NCBI RefSeq assembly: GCF_006345805.1
Contig: NC_042997.1
Location: forward strand, 185,194,001-185,258,000
DNA length: 64,000 bases
Direction: 5' to 3'
Source of the DNA: Octopus sinensis
Lineage: Eukaryota
Below are positions 1-13,995 of this stretch, piece by piece. Numbering within the stretch: the first letter of the stretch is position 1; each line of letters starts with the position of its first letter. Under the pieces are notes generated by a model. It worked only from the letters and a program-made list of their open reading frames with translations. It was not told where the DNA came from and did no database searches. The position numbers and the translations under genes were made by a program.

Positions 1-463
1 AGTCTAAATAATGAAGACTTACTCCAATTTAGATCTCACTTGAGATCAGGAGAGAGTCAGTAATAAATCAAAGCTGAAACATTTTCTGGTTTTCAAAAAG
101 TAATACAAATGCAGTTTTAGTGATGCTATGTACTTAAAGTAGCAAAGGAAGATCATAAAAGATCATAGGATCAAACATTTGTGTGCTTCGGCTTTCAATG
201 TCCAAGAATAGAGAAGGCGAGATATGATAATATTTCTTTCATATGTGAGATAATTGCCATGTAACTTTTCATGGTTTATTCAAAGTCTCTGTCCATAGAT
301 ATAGTGAAAACATCACGTAAACAGTCTACTTTGTATGTGAATGATATCAGTCTGCGGATATTGACCCATATCTGGCCCAAATATTCTACCAGTTTTACGT
401 TAAAACTAATCAGATAGAACCTCTCCGACTTATCTTACAACATCATGCTAAAACATAAAAACA

Positions 464-663
464 GGCACAGGAGTGGCTGTGTGATAAGTAGCTTGCTTAC
501 CAACCACATGGTTCCGGGTTCATTCCCACTGCGTGGCACCTTCGGCAAGTGTCTTCTACTATAGCCTCGGGCCGACCAAAGCCTTGTGAGTGGATTTGGT
601 CGACAAAAACTGAAAGAAGCCCGTCGTATATATATATATATATATATTTATGTGTGTGTGTGT

Positions 664-702
<39 letters not shown>

Positions 703-920
703 ATGTTTGTGTGTCTGTGTTTGTCCCCCCAACATCGCTTGACAACCGATGGTGGTGTGTTTACGTCCCCGTAACTTAGCAGTTCGGCAAAAGAGACCGA
801 TAGAATATGTACTAGGCTTACAAAGAATAAGTCCTGGGGTCGATTTGCTTGACTAAAGGCGGTGCTCCTTCATGGCCGCAGTCAAATGACTGAAATAAAT
901 AAAAGAGTAAAAGAGAGTAA
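464..920 (+). mobile_element. SINE family A (tRNA-like head, internal (TA)n/(TG)n microsatellite, CR1-like 3' tail)
   Basis: Head GGCACAGGAGTGGCTGTGTG...GGTTCATTCCC resembles A/B boxes. About 11 copies occur in the window. Tail is GGCGGTGCT..CATGGCCGCAGTCAAATGACTGAAA plus AAAAGAGT repeats. Confidence 0.9.
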
Positions 921-1290
921 ACACACCATTGAAATCTTGAAGCCATGAGATAATGCGAGATTAATTCAAAATATTATGAATGAATAAACAATACATTTGT
1001 CAAAAGAGATATGAAAGCTAAAGGATTAAAGAGAAGAGAAGTGTGGCATCATCTGCATATCAGTGAATATTGGTAGAACCGACTGAAAGTAGGCCCCCTC
1101 ATGAACATCAAAGTAAACAGAATAAAGTTAGAAAAGATTTTCATCTGTAGAGGTTGCGATTGTGTGGTCTGACAGGATGTAAGTGAGGCTGCATTCAAGT
1201 TGCCGATAAAGACTTTTTGTCTCTCTATTTTGTCTACTTTAAAATATAAAATATTATATTTAAATATATAATGATAAACGATAAACACCG

Positions 1291-1603
1291 CCCTTTTCAA
1301 GCCTACCCAGGCTCATGGCCCCGGTTTCCCGGTTTCTGTGGCGTATGTGTTCCCCACCACCCCAGCTGACCGGGACGTCAGTCCATCGCAACGTTACTCA
1401 AGAAACAGGAAGTGACAGGAAGTGAGAGAAAGTTGTGGCGAAAGAGTTCAACAGGGGTCGCCACCACCCCTGCCGGAGCCTCGTGGAGCTTTTAGGTGTT
1501 TTCGCTCAATAAACACACACACAACGCCCGATCTGAGAATTGAAACCGCGATCCTCCGACCGCGAGTTCACTGCTCTAACCACTGGGCCATTGCGGCTCC
1601 ACA
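1291..1603 (-). mobile_element. SINE family B (subtype B1, tRNA-like head)
   Basis: Reverse strand reads TGTGGAGCCGCAATGGCCCAGTGGTTAGAGCAG...GGTTTCAATTC. The body matches the copies at 53075 and 54155. Confidence 0.88.
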
Positions 1604-1657
1604 AAATATATAATAATACGACTTCCTAAACATATTCACAACTTACGCGACGTTGGC

Positions 1658-1703
1658 GGCACAGTATTAATTACTGGAGCGCTCCAGTAATTAATACTGT
1701 GCC
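1658..1703. repeat. Perfect 46-bp palindrome with no spacer
   Basis: GGCACAGTATTAATTACTGGAGC|GCTCCAGTAATTAATACTGTGCC. Confidence 0.97.
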
Positions 1704-2171
1704 TTCAAAATTGTATTATATGTAATTCGCAATCGTGGTTTATAACTTAATACTAACCTTCTGTTACTCTCGTTCAGTTGTTTAAAAAGGGAAGGTAAAC
1801 GGTTTCTGATAAGTCGGAAGAGAGTCGAAATTAGCCTGTTCGATTCTTGCCACAAAGTTGTCAAAAAGCCCATGGCGTACATTCACACGTGAGAAAACAT
1901 TTATCTGTATACAATTACACATGTACACACGCGTGCGCGCACATAACCTAGCATATAAGCTTGTGCTCATTCTTTACAGACGAAAGAGTACACATGCAAT
2001 ACGTACAGACTTCATATTTACTGAGACAGCTTCTACTTCCATCATATATGAGTGTGTGTATACATACATATATACATATGTAAGAATTTTTGCTGTAATG
2101 AGATAAAAAAAGCCAAGGCTGTATAGATATTAGAGCATTTATAGATGGGTCTTAGAGCTGTTTCCATGATA

Positions 2172-2466
2172 TCTTTATATATAAAAGTGAAGTTGTGTCT
2201 GTCTCCTACGATTTAGATTCCTAACTACTCCCACATTTTGCGGTGCAGTTTAACCAAAAGCGGGTATCTTATAGTCGTGATTCATATCGAGCTCTTCTGT
2301 GTATTAGCGCGCGTCTACGATGAGTCTACGATTTAAAAAAATTTCCATAATTTTTCCCCATTTTTAATGCATTTTTTTTGCTATTATATAAGGGAAGTAA
2401 CTCTCTAAAAATGCTTATATAGTTATTTCCCTTACAAACCCGAGCAACGCCGGGCGATACTGCTAG
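2172..2466 (+). mobile_element. Non-autonomous Helitron
   Basis: 5' end A|TCTTTATATATAAAAG. 3' hairpin CCCGAGCAACGCCGGG (2439-2454) followed by CTAG|T. Inserted between A and T with no TSD. Confidence 0.85.
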
Positions 2467-2594
2467 TTAATTAATAAAATCCTTTCATCGGAGACGGTGT
2501 GAGAGGAAAGTTAAGTCATAGTTAGTTTAGATGTGATGCAAAATAGAGAGTGAGGAGGAGAAAAGAAAATAGATGCAAGATATAGTTAGTTTAG

Positions 2595-2596
<2 letters not shown>

Positions 2597-2635
<39 letters not shown>

Positions 2636-2725
2636 CATCGGTAAGAACTTATACCTTTGCAAACACACGTATGTATGTATGTATGTATGTATGTATGTAT
2701 GTATGTATGTATGTATGTATGTATG

Positions 2726-2763
<38 letters not shown>

Positions 2764-2767
2764 TCTA

Positions 2768-2820
<53 letters not shown>

Positions 2821-2850
2821 GTCTATCTTTCTATCTGTGTGTGCGTGCGC
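2597..2850. repeat. Compound microsatellite (TA)n-(GTAT)n-(GTCT)n-(ATCT)n
   Basis: Directly visible; explains ORF-track entries at 2625-2930. Confidence 0.95.
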
Positions 2851-3218
2851 GAGTGTATGTAGCCATATGTTACTGTAAGTTACGTACCTTGTACTATGTC
2901 TTGCATTCGATGCCTTTTCTGAATATTTAAATATTTGTCTTTGCTTGTGTAAATGTGCTGCACTTGTGGGAGATGTATCGTTATTTTCATTACAGCGTTT
3001 TTTGTTATTTTCGCGTGCTTTATCAGTACAAACTCGTGCATCTCTCGATGATTTAAGTACGTGCTGTGTGCCTAGGGTATATAATTTTTTGGGGGGTGGG
3101 TGGGTGGTATATGATCTTGGATTGAATGTACTATTGCTAATATGTATGTAATGTGTGTTGTATTTGAAAATATTTGCGTTTGGTTACATTTGTCAACATC
3201 TGTTTTCTCATTTGTCTG

Positions 3219-3271
3219 CACCTCTTCTTTTTATTCAGAAGACATTTGCAAATTATCATCATCATCCTTAC

Positions 3272-3340
<69 letters not shown>

Positions 3341-3437
3341 TATTATTATTATCATCATTATTATTATCATCATCATCATCATTATTATTACCTCTTCTTT
3401 TTATTCAGAAGACATATGCAAATTATCATCATCCTTA

Positions 3438-3522
<85 letters not shown>

Positions 3523-3580
3523 TATTATTATTATCATCATTATCATCATTATCATCATCATCATCATCATCATCATCATA

Positions 3581-3634
<54 letters not shown>

Positions 3635-3635
3635 T
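3219..3635. repeat. Tandem duplication of a ~45-bp unique segment plus (ATT/ATC)n microsatellite
   Basis: ACCTCTTCTTTTTATTCAGAAGACAT(T/A)TGCAAATTATCATCATC occurs at about 3220 and 3389, each followed by (ATT)n. Confidence 0.9.
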
Positions 3636-3639
3636 TATT

Positions 3640-5035
3640 GCTACGAAACGCATCGGACGTGTTTTGGAACGCTCCAAGTCCAGTTCATAATACTTATTTA
3701 CGCCAGGATTTGAGTCCTTGTTCAATGACTATTTTATTCCAAGTTGTGAATAGAAACACCAGGAACCAAACAATTTCGGTGGGCGTTAAATTTAATTGAA
3801 CCAAATACAACTCCACAAGATGGCGGAGCGCATCTTGAAAGAGTTGAGAAAAAAAAAATCCTCCTACCAATATGGTAATGGGTGAAGACTTCCATCCTCT
3901 TCCCTCCGTTACGGGCAACAATACATGGGAAGGGGAGGAGGAGAAAAACAAGAGTGTCGTGGTTCAAAGTCCAGCCAACCAGTGACAACAATACTAGCAA
4001 AAACACCAACAGCCGTAGAAATGACAACAGCAGCAGCCACAAAAGTGACGGCAGCCGCAGCAGTAGTAGTAATGATAGCAACAACAATCACAAAAAAGGC
4101 AGCAACGGCAGCGGCAGTAGCGATAGCAACAATAACAACAACGAGAGCAAAAGTGACACCAATAACAATAACATCGATAAGAACAACAACAGAAACAAAA
4201 ACGAGAAAAATACCAATAATAAAAATACGTTCGCTGCAGTAGCAGAGGAAAACGAACAACGCTTTTCCGTAGACCTCACAAATAGGGAGCAGATGCTGCC
4301 AGAATCGTGGGAACTAATAAAACAAGAGAAGACACGGGCCAACCTGACAATCCCATCAGAGGCAATTGAAGCAGTGGAGATGCTTTTCAGATGCATCTCA
4401 GCAGACACCAAAATAACGAGCGGCTTTGATAACCCAAGTAGATAATGAGGTGGCGTTGAGGTGCATTAGAAATGACATCGAATACATAGCGAGTGGCAAA
4501 CAATACGGCACCATTTCAATGACCCCCTGCAAAACCAGCCAAGTCATCATGTAGCCCTCCCTCATGGAGAAACGTATAGCCCATGTCCGCATTCCTAGAA
4601 TCCCACCAGGACTAGATATTTGGTGGCTTCTGGGATGCGTAATTTTGGAGGGGCTGGGTACTGTTCCGATAAAGGTGACAACAACTGCCGGGGAAGACTG
4701 GTCCAAAGGTGACCTGGAGATATTTCTCCAGATCAGACCCGAAAACATAGGAAACTTCTGGGCCACGTCCGTCTCCAGAACGGTTATGTGATACATATCA
4801 CGACTGAGAGCAAAAGACATTGTTGTTTCGCTCCTGGAGAAACGACTCATTTACGAACTCGCTACCCTAACTGTTATAAAGTGCACGGGATGAAAGGCGT
4901 CCACTGCTGCCTACACCGGGACAAGAACTACAAACGACACCAGCACCGGCAAAGCCACCAGCAACAACACCAAAGACATTAACCACCCTAGGAGGAAACA
5001 AGAAAAGCTGTCCCACCTCCTCACACCAAACAAAA
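3640..5035 (+). mobile_element. Decayed retroelement gag/ORF1-like region with degenerate CCHC knuckle
   Basis: An N/S-rich low-complexity linker precedes the broken frames KRIAHVRIPRIPPGLDIWWL..DWSKGDLEIFLQ..RHCCFAPGETTHLRTRYP. Same motif order as 24900-25260. Confidence 0.5.
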
Positions 5036-5086
5036 ATACACACATAAACAAGAGGCAATAGTCACCCGGTTTTGATGGTCGGCCTA

Positions 5087-5605
5087 TGAATGGAACTGGG
5101 AAAGAGCAGAAGGACAGTTTCATATATCTGGGAAGTTGGATAACATCAGATGGAAGGTCAGATAAAGACATCACGTGTGGAACTGGATTAGCAATGAAGA
5201 CTTTTATGGATATGAGGAGCATTTTTTGTGCAAAGAGAATTGGAATGGAAGTCTAGAAAAGACTATTGAATTGCTACATCCGGTCGGTGCTAACTTAAAG
5301 ATGTGAGTCTTGGACGATAAACAAAGTCATGGAGAAGAGACTCAAAGCTGCAGAAATGTGGCTTTATAAAAAGATTCCTTAGACTTTCGTGGGTACAGAG
5401 GGTTACGAATGTGAAAGTGTTGAAGAAGATGAACGTGAAGATACAGTTGATGGATACTATCAGAGAGAGACAATGGAGAATTGTTGGTCATTTTCTCAGA
5501 GAGGATGACGGAATGGAGCGGTACATCGTGGAGACTGAGCCGGTGGGAAGAAAAGCGAGAGGAAGGCAGAGAAAGATGTTCGACTGGATGAAGAAGAGAA
5601 TGATC
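5087..5605 (+). mobile_element. RTE-clade LINE, RT C-terminal fragment (decayed)
   Basis: Broken frames FIYLGSWITSDGRSDKDI..RCESWTINKVMEKRLKAAEMW..IRERQWRIVGHFLRE..GRKARGRQR. Confidence 0.85.
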
Positions 5606-6620
5606 TTGCACAGGATTTCCAGTTGCCTTAAGAAGTCTTGAAGTTTCAATGAGATTGAGCACAACGCTCTGATCACCACTGGTATCACTTCTACATTACC
5701 CTCTCGCATTGCATACAGTATTGCCATTTCCACTTTCAATTCGGAGTACTTAGTGATTTTTTCAACCTCTTTACTCACAACATTCATGTCATTTGGTATG
5801 GCTACATCAATGATCTGACAGTATTTGTCACTCTTACTCAATATGACAATATCCGGCCGACGGTGTTCGATTACACGATCTATCTGAAAATCATAGTCAC
5901 AGAGTATCTTTATTTTTCCATCCTTCTACATAACTTTACTTGCTACATGCATAAAAGCCAATGAAGATACACTGTTACTTCATATACACACACATTTTAT
6001 CGTGGCGGCGCTTGTATTCTTTTTGTGCAAGGCTCTCACATCCACTTACCAAGTGGGTCACATCTTCCACACTCTTTCCACAGAGTCTGCATTTCTGGGT
6101 GTCAGAGTTTTATAGATGTTATACTTCACTGACTTGGTGGCGAGAGCCTTGTCTTGCACAGTAATGATCAGGCTTTCGGTGGTACGCTTGAAATCACCTC
6201 ACTCAAGTCATGCCCACGGTGCTGTATTATCCTTAAAGTCTTGTGTATTCCTTTCAAACGGTCCATGCATTCTCATTTCAAGACTTCTTTTCTCTTCTCA
6301 GTTCTTTCCATCATTTCATCTGCATTTACACCCATATCTTTGGCGGCATATTGCAGCAAATCTTCATCACTATTTATCAAGTACTTACTACTTACACTAA
6401 ATTAGCCCTCTGTCACCATCCTTAGTTTCATATACAGTCTGTTTACGTTTGCTTTAGGGTGAAGCGCCCCACGCAGCGTCATGAACTTTCTCGTCCATAT
6501 ATCCAGTGTTGATATTTCCTCCTTAGTCCATTTGAGGATGGACCCACTATATCTGACCACCGCAACTGCCCAGATATTCATTGCGGTAATCAAATGTTTG
6601 CCATTCGGGTGGGGTTTCAA
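5600..6620 (-). mobile_element. R4/Dong-type LINE fragment (RT thumb, CCHC finger, restriction-like endonuclease)
   Basis: NIWAVAVVRYSGSILKW..LHPKANVNRLY; CRLCGKSVEDVTHLVSGCESLAQKEYKRRHDK; RRPDIVILSKSDKYCQIIDVAIPND..EKITKYSELK..VIPVVIRAL. Confidence 0.88.
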
Positions 6621-8216
6621 CACCATCTTCACCCTTTTTTGATACGCCTCGCTGACACATTATTATTATTGTTGTTGTTGTTGTTGTTGTTGTTATTATT
6701 ATTATTATCTCTTCAATGAAGATATTCGCAGACAATATATGTATATACATTCACATATCTGCTCTTTGTGAAAATCATATTAACATATGTAGACGCATTT
6801 GTGTATTCTGTCTGTGTTTTATATGCCTCTGCACTTTATAATGCAGCTCATTGTTCTGTAGGTGTTGTTGGTCATGTCAGCTAGTGTATGTCAGCTATTA
6901 TAAAATAATATTTATTGCATCTTTCTCACACATTCCTGTGTTGCATATCCCGAAGCTAACTCCGAGATGAAGAAATAGATAGAATTATGTAAAACTCAAT
7001 GGGGAAGGGAAGTAAGAAACGGAGAATTAAACAGAAAAAAAGGACAGATACATACAAAAATGCGTAAATTCGAGTGAATTTGTTGGTGGATGAGTGTATT
7101 AGGAAAGAAATATGAGATAGAAGATCAGCGAGAAAAAGAGAAGTGATGTCACGCAATTGTAGGGAAACTAAAAGGGAACCAGGAAAGAGAAGTGAGTACC
7201 AAAGGCATAGTGTGAGAGAGAAAAGAGAAACAGAGATGAATATATGGATACGAAGAGAGGGAGAGAGAGAAAGGCAGATAGTAAAACGATTGACTTCACA
7301 ACGCTTTCTGTATTGGAAAAACCATCGAAAACCTCTTCTTTCTGTTTGTACTTTAAACACCGGTACGGAAGACTCGTCATTTCATTGATGTAACGTTTGT
7401 CGTTGCATTTTAACCCACAGTTAACCCAAACCAAGTTGATCAATGTTCAAATGCTTTCATGCCAATATCATTCATCTTTCCCGTGATTAATGTGCACGAT
7501 ATGTTCATTTTAACGACTGCATTACCCAATCTTTTTGAAGACGGAAGAATAGGTTTGAGGATGATTTGTCTTCTATTTCTAGCAGGATAAGCAATTACAT
7601 TAAGCAATTACATCGTTTGTTGGTTCACTCGTGGAGGAGGAACATTAGATTAGAGTAAACGGGAAGAGTAGGAACTAAATTTCTATCGTCTCCAGCTTTT
7701 AAAACTATATTAACAAGTGAAATATTTCAAGATAAGTACTAAATCCCGTTCGCATTTTCCGGTTGATTTAAATATGTAAACATAAATGTAATGGTGAGAT
7801 AAGTGAAACTCGACTCAATAAAATGATAAAACTGGTGTTGTTACTTAATTTTTAGTCTGCAAACGAAATCATTATTGTTAATCCAATCGTAGTAATATAT
7901 CTAGATCATAGATGTGAAGAGTATCAAAACATCACGTTTTCTTTATTATACATTGTACAAGATCGACTCCGTTCTTAGGTTGATTAACGGAGACATTTTC
8001 GTATCTTATGTATAAATGGTGTTGCTTTATCTTCTTGAACTTACTGCCGAATGAAATCTTCTCACAGCAACTATTAATACGTAGCTGAACCGGACCAAAG
8101 AAGATATGTAAGTTATCGACAAACACAGCCTATCCCCACCCAAATGATACAAAGTATCTACAAGTGTCGATATGTATCGAGAATTTTGCGACTCTGTAAG
8201 ATACCTGTATCGAAAT

Positions 8217-8272
8217 TCTTACATTTATGTATGTGTGTGTGTGTGTGTTTGTATATGTGTGTATGTGTGTGT

Positions 8273-8331
<59 letters not shown>
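8217..8331. repeat. (GT)n microsatellite
   Basis: Directly visible. Confidence 0.95.
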
Positions 8332-8332
<1 letters not shown>

Positions 8333-8472
8333 ATCTTCTTCCGTACAAACTTGCTGAACATTATTCATACTTACGATTCTCTCTCTGCTTACAGTAATGA
8401 ACTATATTCATATAGTTACTCAAAGTAGTAGTAGTAGTAGCCATGTGTTGAGAGGGATTCTTTGGGGGTTGA

Positions 8473-8517
8473 ATAACAACAACAACAACAACAACAATAA
8501 TAATAATAATAATAATG

Positions 8518-8590
<73 letters not shown>
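8473..8590. repeat. (AAC)n/(AAT)n microsatellite
   Basis: Directly visible. Confidence 0.95.
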
Positions 8591-8880
8591 CAGTAATAAC
8601 TTCATACTTTTCGGATCGTCAGACATTGAAAATCATTTTGCTCACTGTGGTACTTCAGCTCAATAAGAGCAAATTTGTCGCAACAAATTTTATAACTGGA
8701 CCTTGTACTCAGTGCGGTAATACATTATTTAGATTTTCTATCCTGTCCAAGTCGATATACTGAAACCAGACTTAAGAGGATATTTTTTATAATATCTTTA
8801 GGATGGACTAAACCTCAACATCGTCCATTTCAACGGTAGATAGTCTTCCCGATGATAATTCATAATTACTGAATTACTCT

Positions 8881-9978
<1,098 letters not shown>

Positions 9979-10912
9979 TAATTGAAAATATATAAGTGAA
10001 ATGCATGCAATTATACTATGTTGGAATACATTAACCAAGAATTGTCACACGGATCACAAAGCTAGAGTCCAAATGGATGATGACATAATCTTTCCTTATA
10101 TCCTTTCACACCATACTCATAATTCCTATTAATAGTCGATAATTAATATCTACTATCACTTGGATATATATTTCACTAATAGGCTTAAGTGGGATATTCA
10201 AGCCATTTATTTATTGAATATTTTAAAATGTTGCAGATGTGTAATTTGGATAATTATTAGATTTCTGCTTCCCTCTTGTACACATAATCGTCAAAACTAC
10301 ACAGAAATCTTTAGTTTGAGTACAAGAATATGATGATGTAATCTAATCTAATTGAGGGCTTACTTGTGAATTAGTGATTCTAAGTGGATCTATAACCATA
10401 GGAGGTAAAGATATATTTGATTAACGTAAGTAAATTTAAGCTCAAGGTTTCTAGCATGAAGGGCCAAAATTTAATAAATCCTCAAAATTTTAGTTTTGTC
10501 TTGTTTTTTCTGATTCTGCTCGAATTTCTCGCGTTGTCTTCGATTCTAATGTTGTTTCGCCCATTATCCATCAATGCATAAAGTGAATTTGATACAATTG
10601 CTATTGAATCTGATTTCGATGACAGTAGTAGATTCGTGCGTGGTCGGTTCTGCAATATTTTATTCCTGAACATCACTGTATTCTTATACTTCACTCACAT
10701 ATAACCAAATTAAAATTTCCTACTACACCACGGAGAATTTCCTGCAACGACTGATCTGTTTTCATCAGTGTAATCTAAATTCGTCCAGGTCAAATCCTAA
10801 GAGCATAAATTGGATTTTCATCACCTGAAGCCGTTGCTCATTATATTACTAGCTAAAATTCGATGAACTTGTGATTATGCATTGTACTCCTACAGAAATT
10901 AATCCTTCTCGA

Positions 10913-11082
10913 TCATTCATCAAATTTACTGTAAATCTTTTCAAATAATTCTTCAACCAGCAGTTCTCTACCTTTCGTAACCAAAATATCAACTACATAT
11001 CCATCTAAGATCAAGTTTGTGCAATCATTGTCTGTAGGGTTCTTGCAAGGTTCATTTAGTTTCTCATACTTAATAATTGGAC
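10913..11082 (-). CDS. Candidate terminal coding exon of an unidentified gene
   Basis: TTTCAATTCTAATAACTAG|GT acceptor with an in-frame stop just upstream, then 55 open non-repetitive codons (G)PIIKYEKLNEPCKNPTDNDCTNLILDGYVVDILVTKGRELLVEELFEKIYSKFDE*. No homology recognised. Confidence 0.25.
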
Positions 11083-11159
11083 CTAGTTATTAGAATTGAA
11101 ACAATATTTGTTGCATTTCCTTGTGAAAAGATGCTCCTTATGATGACTACATTGACATA

Positions 11160-11650
11160 TGTCATATTTTGTTTCATTGTTTTGTTCTATACTAATATCC
11201 ATTCTTAACTTGGCAGTCGTATATCAAGGTGGTTGACTAAGTCGGCCAGCTCTTCTTTAATACCAATCTATCAATATCGTCTGCGTATCATAAGATTTTC
11301 ATGTTGTTTCCTCCAGTGACGACTCTGCGTCAAAATCATTGCTCATGCATCGCTCGAGGAAAATGTTGAAAAAAGTGGAGAATATGAGGCATCCCTGGCG
11401 AACTCATGCTTTTAAACCATCAACCATTTGTTACTACTGCACTGGTGGATAGCCTCGATCATGTTCTGCCCCAACTCATGTGTTTGCCTGTTGCCACGCG
11501 TAGACCATTATGGTAGTGAAACAACTTCCTGAAATGTATGAAGACATGTTATAATTCGGCTTGAAGCTAAAGTCATTACTCATAGAGGGAGCAAAAGTAG
11601 ATCTGCTCTGTGATACATATAATTTTGCGCAAGTTCTAAAGCTTAGTCTA
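11160..11650 (-). mobile_element. RTE-clade LINE, RT core fragment (heavily decayed)
   Basis: HVFIHFRKLF..VRQGCLIFSTFFNIFLERCM..YADDIDRL..KEELADLVNHLD. Confidence 0.78.
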
Positions 11651-12596
11651 AGGTTTCTGTCCGTTCAGTAAGACTCTGATCATCGTCATGCAAACATTGT
11701 TTATTTGGATGACTGTACGATAACCCCGGCCCAGCTGGAGACTGGGGACAACAAAAGCTACATTCAAAGATTGTTTGAACCTCCAAGATAACTTATTACC
11801 GTATTGCTGCAGAAAAGATCAAATGAGACAGTTAAAAGATGCAGAAGCAGTTACAATCTTTATATGTACTATCATAGGCTGAGAGTCAGTAGAGTGAAAC
11901 CCATCTAAATATCTGACTCACAAAGGAAAACCAGATCATCCTTCAATTTTATCACAAACCTGAACAAAAAGACGAATTCATCTCAAGCTACTATCATAAA
12001 AAGATCTTCTAGTTCATCAACCTCAATGCAGACACACCAGAACATGTGACGAAAATATTAGACGTCACGAACAATACAGCAAGCCATGTGACGAATTTTG
12101 TCTCTAACGACGCTATCGTTTGCATGAGCAACTATGCAATTAAATATTTAGCTGACGAACATGCTGCTATCAACCTAGTATAATAAATGTTTAACGCAGA
12201 ATCATATTGCTGATATCAGTAAAAAGAACGGATATCAATGACCGCTCCTTAAAATCATTTGACAATCACCTAACCATGCACATGTCCAATGAAAAGGTGT
12301 TTAGCATATTTACATACACTGGCTATTGCTCCATTTCTGTTATGTGAAAGTCGCCGATGATTGAGGTAGAGTAACTTTAACCCTACGTAATATCATTTAG
12401 ATACAAGGAAATAATCTGTTATGCTTTTTTAAAAACAAAATCAACTGTGTGCATGTGTGCATATGTATGTGTACGTGTGTGTGTGCTCGAGTGTGTGAAG
12501 TGTATGTGCGTGCGTATTCACGCCATGTCTATAGATGAAGTTCACATATTCAGAAGTATATTGTACCTACAAAGTCATATATATATATATATATAT

Positions 12597-13766
12597 GATT
12601 GATTGATTGATTGATTGATTCTAGTTTCAGCTCATGAGTTGTGGCCATGCTGGGGCACCGCCATTTGGTGTTGCTACTTGGTTTTACTTCACGAACGCTT
12701 TCTAGCAACTGCCATTTGGTGCATGAGAGAGTTCGATGCAGCTGCCCTCATCTGCACCTCCTGCCGTGAAGTTGGTTCATCTGGGACACCTGACAGGAAG
12801 AGATCCAGTTTCATTTTAAAGACATCTGCATCCACCCCATGCAGGTCTCTCAGGTTCTTCGGGAGGATAGTGAAGCTGTGGGCCTCGGAAGCCCAGGCTA
12901 TCACAGTATCTTGTCCTACATCTTGATGGCAAATTTGGAGTCCTTGGCACCACGCAGTGGCGCCCAGTTCTGGCATTTGTGTAACTCTCGATGCCAAAGT
13001 TTGGGACACGTCCCTCCAGGATCTTCCAGATGTATATTATGGCATATCTTTCCCGCCTATGCTCCAAGGAATATAGTTTTAATCTCTTGAGTCTTTCCCA
13101 GTAGCTTACATTCTGCATAGAGGCTATCTTCGTGTTGCTACGCTGGATCGCCTCGAGCTCTGTGATCAACTTGAAACTGGATGGTGACCATAACTGAGAG
13201 CAATAGTCAAAGTGGCTTAGGACAAGTGTCCTCCAGAGGACCATCATGGTTTCTTGTTCTCTTGTTCTAAAGGTTCTGAGAATCCATCCGGCCAGTCGTC
13301 TACATTTCATTGCCAATTTAGCAACATGAACACGAAAGGTTGCGTCATCACTCATGTAAATACCCAGGTCACGCACTGATTGTGCCTCTGAGATTGCTAT
13401 TCCTCCGGGTCCAGTGTATTCATTGGGTATTGCATTTAGTTTTGCATGCTGATAGTATAAAGCTTGAAACTTTTCAGCATTGAACTGCATGCTATTCTTT
13501 TCAGCCCACTTGTATATTTTGTCCAGCTCACATTGCAGGCGCTTAGTGTCCTCAGGGTTCTGTATTGCCTGTGACACTTTTGTATCATCTGCATAACTTG
13601 TGATCGTGGCTCTCTGCGTGGCTGAGTGCATGTCTGAGAGGGCTATTATGAACAGTAGTGGTCCGAGAACAGTGCCCTGCGGGACACCGCTCACTATTTG
13701 CGTGTTAATGGAAGTGGCCCAATTGGCTACTACCACCTGACTTTATCTTTCAGAAAGTCATGAAGC
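12597..13766 (-). mobile_element. CR1-clade LINE, 5'-truncated, with 3' UTR stem-loop and (CAAT)n tail
   Basis: SGVPQGTVLGPLLFIIALSDM..SYADDTKV..VRDLGIYM..YWERLKRLKLYSLEHRRERY. 3' end is GGCGGTGCCCCAGCATGGCCACAACTCATGAGCTGAAACTAGA then (ATCA)n. Confidence 0.93.
12689..13736 (-). pseudogene. Reverse transcriptase (ORF2 C-terminal part) of the CR1 LINE, frameshifted near 12880
   Basis: The 306-aa ORF 12816-13736 continues in the frame of ORF 12689-13009 (ILPKNLRDLHGVDADVFKMKLDLFLSGVPDEP). Confidence 0.88.
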
Positions 13767-13786
13767 AATATATATATTATAGATAG

Positions 13787-13846
<60 letters not shown>

Positions 13847-13995
13847 TATATATTCATTTTATATATATATTCATTTTATATAAATTTATTTAAATAAGGA
13901 TAAGATCGTTATTTAAAATACCGATCTTATAAGGTCGCCAATATGGGAATAAAACTTCAAAGGTAATAATTATTATTAAAATTATAATTAAAAGC

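Noticed and set aside
1151-1178. Possible 28-nt microexon (TTTTCATCTGTAG|...|GTAAGT)
   Set aside because: The splice signals are good, but such matches are expected by chance in 64 kb and no partner exons were found.
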